Notes: a model not told the origin generated them from the letters alone. 64,000 nucleotides of DNA from a virus (IMGVR_UViG_3300008107_000002), one strand, 5' to 3'; counted from the stretch's first letter, positions 29,601 to 39,538 are shown. Numbers and translations are program-made.

Positions 29601-32600
29601 TGGTCAAGGCCGAAGAAAATTCTAATATATTAATTGTTGGTGCACCTGATTACGATGATGGAAATGGGTCGGGTAAAGTATTTGTTTATACAAATGTAAA
29701 TGGAGTGCTGACCCAACTATTCTATTATGGAGTCAACAGATTCCTTAACCAATATTATAATAATAATCTTTCACCTGCCCCAAAAGGTGGATTTGGATCA
29801 GCAATAGAGTATGACCCTATTGACGGATATATTATTGCTTCTGCTCCATATGCGTCCTATATTAGATCAGAAACTTCCGGAAATACACGGTTTGTTTTAT
29901 CTACCGCTCCTACTAGTTCATACCAAAAAGAGGGACTAGTAGTTATATCGTCGGTAAATTTAGCAAATAATGGAGAAACTCGACATTTTACATTATCTTG
30001 TTCTGAACCGGAGAATGGATTAGAATTTGGTAAGAGTTTATATGTTACAAACACAGCAACACACAAATTATTATTTGTAGGAGCTCCTGGTAAATCTTAT
30101 AATGCAGGCGCAGTCTATTTCTATGATTTAGCAATAGTTAAATCAGTTCCCGATGTATTAACTTTTGATAATAATCTTACTACCTTTGATAAAAATACCT
30201 GTCTGTTTGATGCAGTAGGTGCTGTTAAAATTGATACAAACGTTACAGCAACGTCACAAATAAAATTACCAACACCTCCTATTGTTTCTGCTGGTAGTAG
30301 ATTTGGTGAAGTTATTTCTGGAAATAATTTAGGAACAAGAATAGCAGTATCTGCTCCTCAATATAATAATGGAAATGGTGCAGTCTTTGTTTATAGAAAG
30401 AGCTCAACTGTAAATTCTTATACCTTAATTCAAACCTTACTGCATTCTGATGTAGCGCATGGCGGAAAATTTCCGTTGTATTCTAGATTTGGTGCATCAG
30501 TAAGTATGACAGACGACGGTAATTGGTTAATTGTGTCTGCTGATTTAGCCGATGATAAGAATGTAGAAAAGGGAAAAGTTGCAATCTATAAATGGTCGAC
30601 TAGTCTTAATTTATTTGTGTTCTCTCAACTACTACAAAATCCTTCTAGTACTAGAGGTCTTAAATTTGGTCATAAAGTTGAAACAGATAAATCTGGCGAA
30701 ATTTTAGTTGTATCTGCTCAAGGACCAAATTATTTTTATGGTCTAACTTATGACGATGGGTCTACTACTTTTGATGCCGAGTCAACAAATTTTGGTGCAG
30801 TTATAAATGACTCCGGCTCTGCGTATGTTTATAATAGGTACAATGATAAATTTATATATGCAACTGAGCTTTTTGATTATCAAGTTGATGCCGGAAGTTT
30901 TTATGGTGCAGATATTGCGGTAACAAGAAATTATGTATACGTTGGAGCACCGTTAGATATAACAACAGGTACTACACGTGGCGGCCAGGTGTTTGCATGG
31001 AACGCAATTGACCCATTAGCAAATACGTGGAAGTTAATAAGACAACAGTCTAATTTAGTAGATACTCGAAATATTAAATCTATTAAAACGATTGATTCAT
31101 TTAACGAACAAGTATTAGATTATCTTGAAATATATGATCCTATCAAAGGATTTATTCCAAGTCCTGCCGAAAACGAATTAAGATATAAGTCTTTGTTTGA
31201 CCCTGCGGTCTACAATACTGGTACCAATACAAAAGTTAATATTGACATAACTTCTTATTGGGGGAAAGAACATGTAGGCGAGCTTTGGTGGGACTTATCG
31301 GCTGTTAAGTACATGTTGTATGAACAGGGCAATATTGATTATAGGCGCAACCTATGGGGAAGTCTGTTTCCAGGAGCATCTATTGACGTATATGAATGGA
31401 TAGAAAGTGATTTTATTCCTAGCGAATGGGGATTGAGCGCAGATACAACTGCCGGCATTGCTCTAGGTATAAGCGGTACTCCGAAGCATTTAGATGATTC
31501 TGTGTACGTTGAAGAACAAATTTATAGTCCTATATCTGGACAACTTATAAGCAAATACTATTTCTGGGTTAAAAATTCAATTTTAGTACCAAGCAGGCAA
31601 GGTAGAAATATTTCTGCAAACGAAGTAGCTGGGTATATAGAAGATCCAAAAGGTTACGGTTTAAGATATCTACAAGTTCATTCTGCAAATTCTTTATCTG
31701 TTGTTAATACTAAAGAAACATTGGTTAACGAAAGAATATTATTGAACATACAATTAAACAATAGTGATTCAAATAAACACTCTGATTGGTTGTTAATAGA
31801 AGAAGGATCAGCTAATAGTCTTCCTAATCCATTATTAGAGAAAAAATTTGTTGATAGTCTATTAGGTCGAGATAGTTTAGGAAACGTTGTTCCTGATCCG
31901 TCGTTGACAGAAAGACAAAAATACGGAATTCAAATTAGACCACGCCAATCTATGTTTAAAGATAGATTGGAAGCATTAAGGAATCTTATCAGTTATGCAA
32001 ATGCAATATTTGTTAATAATTTAATTACTGATTTTTATAACTTATCTACTCTTAATCTTAAAGACGAAATTCCTCCAATCACTAGTCGAGCATATGATTT
32101 AATTGTAGAAGATTTAGAAAAAAAATTAACTATATCAACTAAAGAATTAGTTCAGGCTGAATTTACAGCAGTATTAACTGATGGAAAAATTACTAATGTT
32201 AATATTATAAATTCAGGACACGGTTACGGTAAACTAGATCCAATTGCTTATAATCAGGCCGGTGAACCAATTTTATGGCATGGTCCAGATATTACAATTG
32301 ACAATGATACCAACGGGGCTATTATTAATACAGAAATTAATAGTGTAGGGTCAATTATTAATGTAATAATTAAAAATTCAGGGAAAAACTATAATACTCC
32401 TCCTGTTTTAGTAGTAAGACCGTATACTTTAATTGTTCAAACAGATTCTGACTCAAAAGGTCGATGGACAAAGTATGCGCTAATTAACGGCGACTGGGAA
32501 AAAATACAAACTCAAAGCTACGATACTACATTGTATTGGGATTATATAGATTGGGTATCACCAAACTATAACCCTAATCAAGCGATTAGTGCAACTCTTG

Positions 32601-35600
32601 ATCAGATATATCAAATACCAGAAATTGAAGTAGCGACAAATGAGTATATAAAAATTAACAATAACGGTGCTAACAGATTTATTATCCTTAAGAAAGTTGA
32701 ACTAGGAACGTTAGGTACATATAACAATAATTTTGATATAATGTACAGCGAAAAGGGAACTATTAAGATTAAAGATAGTATATGGAAGTTATCTGATTCA
32801 CAGTTAGGGTTTGATCAAATATCACCGTATGATGATACGTTCTTTGATCAAACTCCTGATGTAGAGTTAGAAAAAATTATATATGCTCTTAAGAATGATT
32901 TGTTCACAGACAATTTAAAAGTCTATTGGAATAAATTCTTTTTTGCAGGAGTTAAGTACGCACTAACAGAACAAAAATTTATTGACTGGGCGTTTAAAAC
33001 AAGTTTTATTAATGTTAAAAATATAGCTGGAGAGTTGAATCAACGACCAATTTATAAATTTCAAGATTCTCAGTGGTATGAAAATTATCTCGATGAAATT
33101 AAACCATTCCATACTAAAGTAAGAAATTACAAGTTAAGTTATTCAGTGACAGATCCTTCACTAACCTTTGCAACTGATTTTGATCTTCCTGGCGTATACG
33201 ATAAAACAATAGGCAAGTTTAAACCATTATCGGCTGGTGATATTGAAGCTCAACAATATCCTTACAAAGGCTGGTTTGACAATTATAAACTTCATTTAGA
33301 TAGGATAATTCTTGTCAATGCTGGTAAGGGATATACAGAAACTCCTCAAGTTCAAGTAATTCCTGCATTAGGTGAAACTGTTACAAGGCCAGCAATTGTA
33401 AGAGCAGTATTAAGTGGCGGTAGTATATTAGATTTTGAAATTTTAGATTCAGGAGAAGGATATATTACTAACCCTACAATTCTATTTGTAGGCGGCGGCG
33501 GCGCAGATTATACCCCGGCCAAAGCTACTGCTGTTATGTCTAACGGAAAAATAAGAACTAATCTTATTTCTCTAAAATTTGATAGAATATCAACAAATAG
33601 AGAAGTGGGATCAAAATTAGCAACTGATCAATTTACTGTTGTGGGAAATGAAAACGAATTTGTTTTATCGTGGCCTGCGCTATATGACAAGACTAATATT
33701 ACGTTAAAAGATAACGGTATTATTGTGTTATCTTCAAACTATATACTTGAGAATTTTTCATCAAAAGTTAACGGTTATAGTAAACAATTTACAAGATTAA
33801 TTCTTAATTATACTCCGGATCTAGGACATATAATTTCTATTACATATCCAAAAAGTCTTAAAATTTATCAAGCATTTGATAGGATACAAGACTATTATAA
33901 TCCGTTGCCAGGAATGCCAGGTAAGGATATAACTACTGGATTTTCTCAATTAATGAAAGGAGTAGAATATCCTGGAACTGAAATTTCAACACAGGCGTTT
34001 GATAACAGTTATCCATGGGACGGTGATCCATGGGGAGAAATTCCTTGGGATATCTTAAATTATTCAGTTACGGGATATATTCCAACTAGGGCAAATCTTC
34101 CTAGTTCGTATTCAGGTAGCATAGGCGATAGTTACATGACCACAGACAACAATCACAAATGGGAATGGTCTGGTACTACATGGATTGACAGGGGCGAAAT
34201 TAATAAAGACCTTGACACTCTTATTGATGGCGGCAATTTTATAAAAACGTTAGCTAGTGGATTTGCCACTGCGGCAGGCACAACTGCTACTGACGTTATT
34301 CTTGACGGTGACGAATTTATATCTCCTTATAGGAGTCATGCTCCTGAAGAGTCTATTCCTGGTGAAGTTCATGATTCTCTTGCTATAGATGTCTTTACAC
34401 GACGATCTTCAGGTAGTGGAATGATCTATACCCTAGTTCAAGATGTAGTAGCTGGCCAACCTACTACAATCCAGTTAACTATTAAACCTCCAAATTATGA
34501 TTCAGTCACTGTTACGTTAAATCATACATTATTACAACCTCGAGTAGATTATAGTATTAATTTCCTTGACAATTCCTTGTTTGTCGTGCAAAAAGCGGTA
34601 GGAGGCACACTTGAAGTTACCTATATGGAATTTGGAGGCACCGGTTTCTTAAGCAAAGATTCAGCTGTTGTTGAAGGGGAAGCTGAGGGAGCGGTTATAG
34701 GTTCTTGTGCATTTAGAGATGTTAAGAGTGTATTTGTAAGTGTTAATGGAGTAAGAATATACCCTCAAGGAACGTTCTATGCTCAATTGCAATATTTTGA
34801 GTTAACTAAAGCAGATGCTAAAAACAGTGCTAGAGCAAAAGTTACAGTATACGGATTAGGTATAGGTGAACCTAACACAATTACGGCTATATTCTTTAAT
34901 GGTGATAAAAAGTTTAGTGAGATTAAAGAACAAGTTTGGCTTAATTTAGATAATAATAATAGAGATGTTGCCTTATCTCAACCTCCAGGCCTGCTTGGTC
35001 CTGCTTCTGCAAATTCTATTGTAGAATTAAACAGAAGAAGACTTGTTCCTCCTAATACCACTTATTATGAGATAACAAACTTATCTCAAACACAATTTGA
35101 TATTAATACTCGAAAAGTTTATCCGGCTAACTCTTTTGATAATACAATTATTGAAGTTTATAAGAACGGAATAAAACTCTCAATTGGCCAATATGAACTT
35201 AACCAATACTACAATAGAGTTGAATTTGCAGACAACTTCTTTAATTTGGGCGATGTGTTAGCAATTACTTCTATCGTTGATTATGATTATGTGATAAGAG
35301 GCAATGTTCTTACTATCTCGGAAAGAGTTGATATTACAGGCTCTAATAGATTTAATACTCTTAATGAACCCGGTTATGACGGAGTTACATATCTTCGAGC
35401 TATTACATTTACTAATCAAGATAACAGTTTTATAAGAACTGAAGTGTATGAAGCAAATAGTTCAAGAATTTATAAACTCACTCGAGTGGTAGTAAATGAT
35501 AACTTTGTTTGGGTATCTATTGGAGATAAAGTTTTAACTAGCGGATATGATTTTGAAATAATGGAAGATTTAAGAACAATTCGTATTGATCCAGATATTC

Positions 35601-36517
35601 CTTATAACGAAGGCGATCAAGTTATTATTACTAGTTTTACTGAACAAGTGGCTAGCCTTACAATTGGATATAAAATATTTAGAGATATTTTAGGCAGAAC
35701 ACATTATAAGAGATTGAGCTCTGCAGAAACTACATACCTAACTGAAGCATTGTTACCTACATCTACAACAATTAAAGTTCATAATGGAGCAATATTACCA
35801 ACACCTGCATTAGAATATAAAACACCCGGTGTAGTATTTGTTGCGGGAGAACGTATCGAATATTTAGAGAAACACGGAAATGTCCTATCTAAATTGCGTC
35901 GAGGAACATTGGGCACTGGAGTAAAAGAACAGTACGGAGTTGGAACTTGGGTAGTTGATCAAAGCAAGACCCAAACTATTCCATTTGCAGAATCTGTTAT
36001 CACACAAACATTCACTAATACTAGTGTTATAAGCACATTTACTCTAACTCATAATAAATTTATATTTGCTAACGATGTTAAACCACACGATGCTATAGAA
36101 ATATTTGTTGGCGGAGTAAAATTAGAAAAGCCGTTGCAAACTGGTAACTACCGTGTAATACATGACGGGACTTTATCGTTTGACTCGGGTGTAAATGATA
36201 CAATTTTAGAACCGGATTTTACAATTACAACCAGCACACAAACATTTGGAACTATGTATACAGTCAGCTTGTTAAAACCAGTTGATCCGCATTTAACTAT
36301 ATCTGTAGTACAACGTAGATCAACAACTTGGTATGATATAGTTCCTCCAAGTTTTACAGCTTCCTTATTTGATCAAAATACTGTACCTGCTACATTTATT
36401 AAACAACGAGAAGCTATTACCCCCGATCGATTCTCTTATGGAGGCGATTCTGTTTTACGTTTAGATGATGGAACCGCTCTATTATTAGATGACGGACGAG
36501 AAATTAAAGAGTATTAA
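23609..36517 (+). CDS. Giant multidomain baseplate/virion protein (gp7 position), 4302 aa
   Basis: Overlaps the gp6 stop; contains FG-GAP-like repeats (VGAP, FG.S) at about 29590-31010, CBM5/12-like W...Y..G motifs and Ig-like repeats. Confidence 0.75.
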   Translation: MASRKSVNLLPSFLRTEKNNKFLSSTLDQLISPPEITRIDAYVGSKDTPSYRTGDEYLQESNPLREKYQLEPALVVRTLTRSIKKAFALDDLLNQVKVNGIDSSNIDRILNPKFYSYDPKINWDKFVNFREYYWLPSGPSAVEIAGRTLSPVTEFNIVDADDKIQFLFDAKTTSPTLTLYRGATYVFNVKSQHNFYIKYTNSVGSNDSVPLTNNGTKDGQIIFTVDWSAPERLFYVSNDDQLSTGNIFVKDPIDSTLIDIENEIVGKKHYTSGNNVTFIDGLKVRFSGTVIPETYKDNEYIVEGVGNAIKLIKFTDLDTPDVTADAYNSRFDGTNFDQFPFDNFKNIPLVPEYVTINRASKDLNPWSRYNRWFHSDVIREVAKANNQLVIYPAEYRATRPIVEFIPDLQLYKFGTTAIPNVDLIDTFTTNIFKTIEQEDGYDIDQITVEEGFRVVFNADSDPAIRGKVFKVNFARFGDRFKINLTQESDIPVVGTSVLIKKGIEHGGSSWFYNGITWVKGQQRTKRNQAPLFDLFDENGISYSSSEYTTDFKGNALFGYGVGTGPVDPVLGFPLAYRNTGIEGTYLFKNYFAIGSIQLVNADQSATISTAQTYFKINSDNGTTVSNIWLSVEPYEIPNVNGIYDTPLNLTNNPSNKNITEFTLTELSDHVRSMVSRDPEFKGDFPGVSNLKDLPFITRFGTKLITNINPLSFAQHFITDNDNSVINAMRLVGENYQTFKFNLIKTISDLNDNLSPIDALDEALRILNQNKTTTFPYYSSDMVPYGVSPVIRTYRITDSRKTKYALPPDASVTILSSRGLLVYLNTTQLIRGRDYKFDSYDANVEILVPIVRGDVITIKDYPTTDGNFVPPTPSKLGLYPAYEPAIFEDDSYINGPKTVIQGHDGSITIAFGDYRDEILLEYEKRVYNNIGTEYRADIFDITAILPGVFRNSKFSYREVINPVLQDFLKWKSTFGVEIEKNLTFDVNEPKTYNYSSVKLSSGDYLPGNWRAIFKLYFDTDRPHIAPWEMLGFSVKPAWWESEYGPAPYTSGNTKLWEDLKLGKIAQGTRKGFDLNYARPDLINILPVDSYGNPIPIRNWGILNANSSVDGITNNWKFGDMGPAETAWRRSSYWPFALQIISALTNPATYTALMFDTSRIVKNAVDKLVYSNDNLPINSSKVILPYETINGQKQFASGYSVIVIEAGLIKNSNYIKNLKLELTNAEFNLMNKVGGFVSKDKLEVVIDSVNPNSINPGILLPTEDYSIHFNVSNPIDTIEISGVIVQKVQGNYIVRGYDKTNSYFKINAPIRQQVDPYITVGAISEDYTVWSPNTFYSIGQVILNDNVFYRVSSNHSSGFIFDTLNSQKLSTLPTIGGITAQLSTGFEDTETTIPYGTLYQTPQEVVDFLLGYSRYLTNKGFVFDEYSKELGELLDWKLSIKEFLFWTTQNWNEANIITLSPFASKIKLTTKNAVVDNVFNPYYEYSIYKANGAPFPYSDISLSREDGFCTISTDNELEGIFYAKLRLVQKEHAIILNNLSRFNDVIYDTATGYRQRRIRLIGFRTANWNGNFVSPGFVYDDVKITPWGPYTDYTAGDVVEYAGKYYSLIRSLAGEETFDFSKWYKLDNKPTAQLIPNFEYKINQFEDFYSLDIDNFDIGQQQLAQHLIGYSSRVYLDNIFLNPIAQYKFFQGFIREKGTLNALKKLERASVHNLQGNIEFNEEWAFRIGTFGAFAALDEIEFPLNELDFVDNSQIVKFVEKAPNISYDPTNYITPDKFTIKNPEIDILNLFDTVPSSTNEELLVLPYAGYATLEDVDYTVVSKSELISGPVNSNIKVGDTVWVGFDDNEDWGIYRYSRLPIAVKQVYSYRDGEQISFITDKNHGLKVGDVVAVVRFSDTLDRTYVISEINRLDEFVVDYTGSIPDFVSQFGLLFKFVSSRFETFDDIINTTYLADFRQGKKVWIDNNISGNWEVYEKTNNYFISRLPNVIDYDYARYGQVVKAEENSNILIVGAPDYDDGNGSGKVFVYTNVNGVLTQLFYYGVNRFLNQYYNNNLSPAPKGGFGSAIEYDPIDGYIIASAPYASYIRSETSGNTRFVLSTAPTSSYQKEGLVVISSVNLANNGETRHFTLSCSEPENGLEFGKSLYVTNTATHKLLFVGAPGKSYNAGAVYFYDLAIVKSVPDVLTFDNNLTTFDKNTCLFDAVGAVKIDTNVTATSQIKLPTPPIVSAGSRFGEVISGNNLGTRIAVSAPQYNNGNGAVFVYRKSSTVNSYTLIQTLLHSDVAHGGKFPLYSRFGASVSMTDDGNWLIVSADLADDKNVEKGKVAIYKWSTSLNLFVFSQLLQNPSSTRGLKFGHKVETDKSGEILVVSAQGPNYFYGLTYDDGSTTFDAESTNFGAVINDSGSAYVYNRYNDKFIYATELFDYQVDAGSFYGADIAVTRNYVYVGAPLDITTGTTRGGQVFAWNAIDPLANTWKLIRQQSNLVDTRNIKSIKTIDSFNEQVLDYLEIYDPIKGFIPSPAENELRYKSLFDPAVYNTGTNTKVNIDITSYWGKEHVGELWWDLSAVKYMLYEQGNIDYRRNLWGSLFPGASIDVYEWIESDFIPSEWGLSADTTAGIALGISGTPKHLDDSVYVEEQIYSPISGQLISKYYFWVKNSILVPSRQGRNISANEVAGYIEDPKGYGLRYLQVHSANSLSVVNTKETLVNERILLNIQLNNSDSNKHSDWLLIEEGSANSLPNPLLEKKFVDSLLGRDSLGNVVPDPSLTERQKYGIQIRPRQSMFKDRLEALRNLISYANAIFVNNLITDFYNLSTLNLKDEIPPITSRAYDLIVEDLEKKLTISTKELVQAEFTAVLTDGKITNVNIINSGHGYGKLDPIAYNQAGEPILWHGPDITIDNDTNGAIINTEINSVGSIINVIIKNSGKNYNTPPVLVVRPYTLIVQTDSDSKGRWTKYALINGDWEKIQTQSYDTTLYWDYIDWVSPNYNPNQAISATLDQIYQIPEIEVATNEYIKINNNGANRFIILKKVELGTLGTYNNNFDIMYSEKGTIKIKDSIWKLSDSQLGFDQISPYDDTFFDQTPDVELEKIIYALKNDLFTDNLKVYWNKFFFAGVKYALTEQKFIDWAFKTSFINVKNIAGELNQRPIYKFQDSQWYENYLDEIKPFHTKVRNYKLSYSVTDPSLTFATDFDLPGVYDKTIGKFKPLSAGDIEAQQYPYKGWFDNYKLHLDRIILVNAGKGYTETPQVQVIPALGETVTRPAIVRAVLSGGSILDFEILDSGEGYITNPTILFVGGGGADYTPAKATAVMSNGKIRTNLISLKFDRISTNREVGSKLATDQFTVVGNENEFVLSWPALYDKTNITLKDNGIIVLSSNYILENFSSKVNGYSKQFTRLILNYTPDLGHIISITYPKSLKIYQAFDRIQDYYNPLPGMPGKDITTGFSQLMKGVEYPGTEISTQAFDNSYPWDGDPWGEIPWDILNYSVTGYIPTRANLPSSYSGSIGDSYMTTDNNHKWEWSGTTWIDRGEINKDLDTLIDGGNFIKTLASGFATAAGTTATDVILDGDEFISPYRSHAPEESIPGEVHDSLAIDVFTRRSSGSGMIYTLVQDVVAGQPTTIQLTIKPPNYDSVTVTLNHTLLQPRVDYSINFLDNSLFVVQKAVGGTLEVTYMEFGGTGFLSKDSAVVEGEAEGAVIGSCAFRDVKSVFVSVNGVRIYPQGTFYAQLQYFELTKADAKNSARAKVTVYGLGIGEPNTITAIFFNGDKKFSEIKEQVWLNLDNNNRDVALSQPPGLLGPASANSIVELNRRRLVPPNTTYYEITNLSQTQFDINTRKVYPANSFDNTIIEVYKNGIKLSIGQYELNQYYNRVEFADNFFNLGDVLAITSIVDYDYVIRGNVLTISERVDITGSNRFNTLNEPGYDGVTYLRAITFTNQDNSFIRTEVYEANSSRIYKLTRVVVNDNFVWVSIGDKVLTSGYDFEIMEDLRTIRIDPDIPYNEGDQVIITSFTEQVASLTIGYKIFRDILGRTHYKRLSSAETTYLTEALLPTSTTIKVHNGAILPTPALEYKTPGVVFVAGERIEYLEKHGNVLSKLRRGTLGTGVKEQYGVGTWVVDQSKTQTIPFAESVITQTFTNTSVISTFTLTHNKFIFANDVKPHDAIEIFVGGVKLEKPLQTGNYRVIHDGTLSFDSGVNDTILEPDFTITTSTQTFGTMYTVSLLKPVDPHLTISVVQRRSTTWYDIVPPSFTASLFDQNTVPATFIKQREAITPDRFSYGGDSVLRLDDGTALLLDDGREIKEY

Positions 36518-36529
36518 AGGATTATAAAA

Positions 36530-37816
36530 ATGGCCGCAATTTCACAACTACCAAGAACAACTTCAATAACAGGTAACTCCCTCTTTATTGTCACTGAAAA
36601 CGGAGTATCAAAAGTAGTTTCCTTTGATTTTATCAAAGCAAATATAACTGGATTTTCTGGATCTTTTGGATTCCAAGGAAGTGCAGGACTACAAGGATTT
36701 GTAGGATCAGCTGGTTTAGGTTATACAGGTAGTACAGGACCAAAAGGTGACACTGGTTCTCCTGGCGGTTATACAGGTAGTGCAGGCCGGGGACTTGTTG
36801 GATATATAGGAAGTCCGGGGTTTATTGGACGAGACGGCTATGTAGGAAGTGAAGGACCTAGAGCGTATACAGGTAGTCAAGGCCCGGCAGGTGAATTTGC
36901 AGGTATGGGCTATGTAGGCAGTCAGGGAACTCAAGGTAATCTAGGTTATACAGGCAGTGCCAGTAGTGTAATAAATTTATCTGGGTTAAGCCAAAGCATA
37001 ATTCCTTCTGCTGCATTGGCGTTTGATATAGGTACTACAACTACTTTTTGGAGAACTGGCTATTTTTCCGCAGTAGTTGCAAATTATGTCGTCGACTACC
37101 TTGGCAATTCTTTAGTGGGCGGAGCTAACGGTTATACCGGTAGTAGGGGCGGCGGCTTCGTCGGTAGTGCAGGTCCACAGGGTGATCCTGGTTCGCCCGG
37201 CGGTTATACCGGCAGTGCAGGTACAGCAGTGGCGTATGTAGGTAGTCAAGGTGCTGCCGGCAGTCCTGGCGGTTTTATGGGCAGTAGGGGCTATATTGGT
37301 AGTCAAGGATATGCCGGATCGACTGGTCAAGGATTTGTTGGTAGTAAAGGTTACTCTGGCAGTTTTGGATTTGTGGGTAGTTTAGGACCTGTAGGGTATA
37401 CAGGAAGTCCTGGAACCGGCGGCGGCGGAGTTGGATTAACCAGCAGACAAACTTTGTCCGGAGTTACTGGATCGTTAGCAAATAGTGCAACTGGGACATT
37501 TACAATTAACGGATATAAATCATATGCATTACTTAAAGTTCAAACGAGTGCGGCAGCATGGGTAAGAATATATTCAAGTTTAGCCGCTCAAGCAAGTGAT
37601 GCAAGTCGTACTAGCTTTACTGAACCTCTTCCTGGTAGCGGAGTAATTGCAGAAATTATTACAACGGCTGCTGCCACTCAGTTAATAACTCCGGCAGCAA
37701 TAGGATTTAACGATGATAGTCCTGCAGCCAGCACAATTTATTTACGAGTAACAAATCAAAGTGGTTCAACAGCGGCTATTACTGTTACATTAACAACATT
37801 ACAACTTGAGGCTTAA
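36530..37816 (+). CDS. Collagen-like (Gly-X-Y) fibre protein
   Basis: Long GYTGSx/GFVGSx triplet runs from about 36650 to 37420, interrupted once; globular C-terminus. Confidence 0.85.
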   Translation: MAAISQLPRTTSITGNSLFIVTENGVSKVVSFDFIKANITGFSGSFGFQGSAGLQGFVGSAGLGYTGSTGPKGDTGSPGGYTGSAGRGLVGYIGSPGFIGRDGYVGSEGPRAYTGSQGPAGEFAGMGYVGSQGTQGNLGYTGSASSVINLSGLSQSIIPSAALAFDIGTTTTFWRTGYFSAVVANYVVDYLGNSLVGGANGYTGSRGGGFVGSAGPQGDPGSPGGYTGSAGTAVAYVGSQGAAGSPGGFMGSRGYIGSQGYAGSTGQGFVGSKGYSGSFGFVGSLGPVGYTGSPGTGGGGVGLTSRQTLSGVTGSLANSATGTFTINGYKSYALLKVQTSAAAWVRIYSSLAAQASDASRTSFTEPLPGSGVIAEIITTAAATQLITPAAIGFNDDSPAASTIYLRVTNQSGSTAAITVTLTTLQLEA

Positions 37817-37818
37817 AA

Positions 37819-39495
37819 ATGTCTAATTTACGAGAATATGTAATAACTCTACATAAACATGAAGACCTTGATGAGTTTTACCTAGATATGGAAACACTTC
37901 GTACAACTATGTACGGAGTTATGCCAGAACGAGCAGTAGACTGTTTTGAGCGCCGGCCGATTAGTAGAAATACTCATTATAAATTAACAGCTGATGAAGT
38001 AGAAGAATTAAAAAAAGATCCGAGGATACTAGCAATTGAATTATCAATGGCCGAAAGAGGTATTGAAGCAAGACCGTTTTTTACTCAAACAAACCCATAT
38101 TGGGATAAAAGTAATACCATAAACAACGGTCACCGAAATTGGGGACTATATAGATGTACTCGTTCAGGACAAATTACAGGGTGGGGATCTGATAATACTC
38201 CTAACAAGTCAGGAACAGTAACTACAACTTCGAGCGGAAAAAATGTAGATGTAATTATATCTGACGGTCATTTTGATCCAGCTCATCCAGAATATGCAGT
38301 TAATTCGGACGGAACTGGTGGAAGTCGAGTTAATCAATTTAATTGGTTTACATATCTTCCTGAAGTTAGAGGAACGGCCGCTGGCGTGTATACATATACG
38401 CCTTATTTTAATGTACTTAATAAAACTAATGAAGAAAATAATCACGGGGCGCATGTAGCCGGAACTGCGTGTGGTAATACTCAAGGATGGGCAAGGGACG
38501 CTACTATATACAACATAAATCCTTATGCTTCAAACCCAAATGCTAATGCCACTGGTGACTTCCATTTTGATTATATTAGACAATTTCATTTACAAAAAGC
38601 CATCAATCCTGAAACAGGATTAAAAAATCCAACAATAGTTAATTGTAGTTGGGGGAATACTATTGGTATCAACATATCAGATATTCAAAAACTTTTTCAT
38701 CGAGGAGTTACAACTGATAATCCAACGATGCAAAATTGTATAGATGCAGGTTTTGGTCTTGCTGTTGATCCTGATACGGGTGACGACCAAGTCATACTTC
38801 CAATACTAGTTAGCAGTGTTGAAGCAGATGTTAATGATTGTATTGCCGCAGGAATTATTCTAATAGGCGCTGCCGGAAATGATGGAATGCGTGGTACAAG
38901 ATCATCTTTAGATTCGTCATATGGGGACTATATTTTATTCACATATGCCGGTAGCACATATTTAAATTATTATGGACGAGGCCATAGCCCTGGTTCATAT
39001 ATGATAACTGTCGGTGCATCAGACAGCACTTCGGCTGAATATAAAGCTGATTTCAGTAACTGCGGTCCTAACATTGACATATTTGCTCCAGGTACATTTA
39101 TTATAAGTTCTGTTAACAATCTTAACAGTTGGGGAGGAACCTGGGACTTTAGAGATACTGAACGATCCCATTCAAAAATAAGTGGAACCAGCATGGCTAG
39201 TCCTCAAGTGGCAGGAGTAATTGCCTGTGTAGCAGAAACTTATCCCAAATTTAATCAGACTGATATGTTAACATATTTGCAAAAATCAGGTGAAACAAAC
39301 AGCATGGGTGATAGTGGAAATTATCCAAATGATAATTCTGATCTACAAGGTGCACCTAATTTGTATCTAAAATATAAACTTGAAAGGCCGGTTGATGGAT
39401 TAATGTATCCAAGATCTAATACTCTTTACAGACCTACGTCTGGACAAGTTTATCCCCGACCTAGAGTATATCGCTTTGGCAAAAATCCTCAATAA
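37819..39495 (+). CDS. Subtilisin-like serine protease (S8)
   Basis: Intact triad and oxyanion motifs: IISDG, NHGAHVAG, AAGN, SGTSMASP; N-terminal prodomain. Confidence 0.92.
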   Translation: MSNLREYVITLHKHEDLDEFYLDMETLRTTMYGVMPERAVDCFERRPISRNTHYKLTADEVEELKKDPRILAIELSMAERGIEARPFFTQTNPYWDKSNTINNGHRNWGLYRCTRSGQITGWGSDNTPNKSGTVTTTSSGKNVDVIISDGHFDPAHPEYAVNSDGTGGSRVNQFNWFTYLPEVRGTAAGVYTYTPYFNVLNKTNEENNHGAHVAGTACGNTQGWARDATIYNINPYASNPNANATGDFHFDYIRQFHLQKAINPETGLKNPTIVNCSWGNTIGINISDIQKLFHRGVTTDNPTMQNCIDAGFGLAVDPDTGDDQVILPILVSSVEADVNDCIAAGIILIGAAGNDGMRGTRSSLDSSYGDYILFTYAGSTYLNYYGRGHSPGSYMITVGASDSTSAEYKADFSNCGPNIDIFAPGTFIISSVNNLNSWGGTWDFRDTERSHSKISGTSMASPQVAGVIACVAETYPKFNQTDMLTYLQKSGETNSMGDSGNYPNDNSDLQGAPNLYLKYKLERPVDGLMYPRSNTLYRPTSGQVYPRPRVYRFGKNPQ

Positions 39496-39538
39496 CAGCT
39501 CCCATGCACAGGTAGTTTATGATACTAATTTAATCGGA

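Noticed and set aside
36644-37430. Short DNA repeats as a possible array
   Set aside because: Fully explained by the Gly-X-Y codon pattern of the collagen-like protein.
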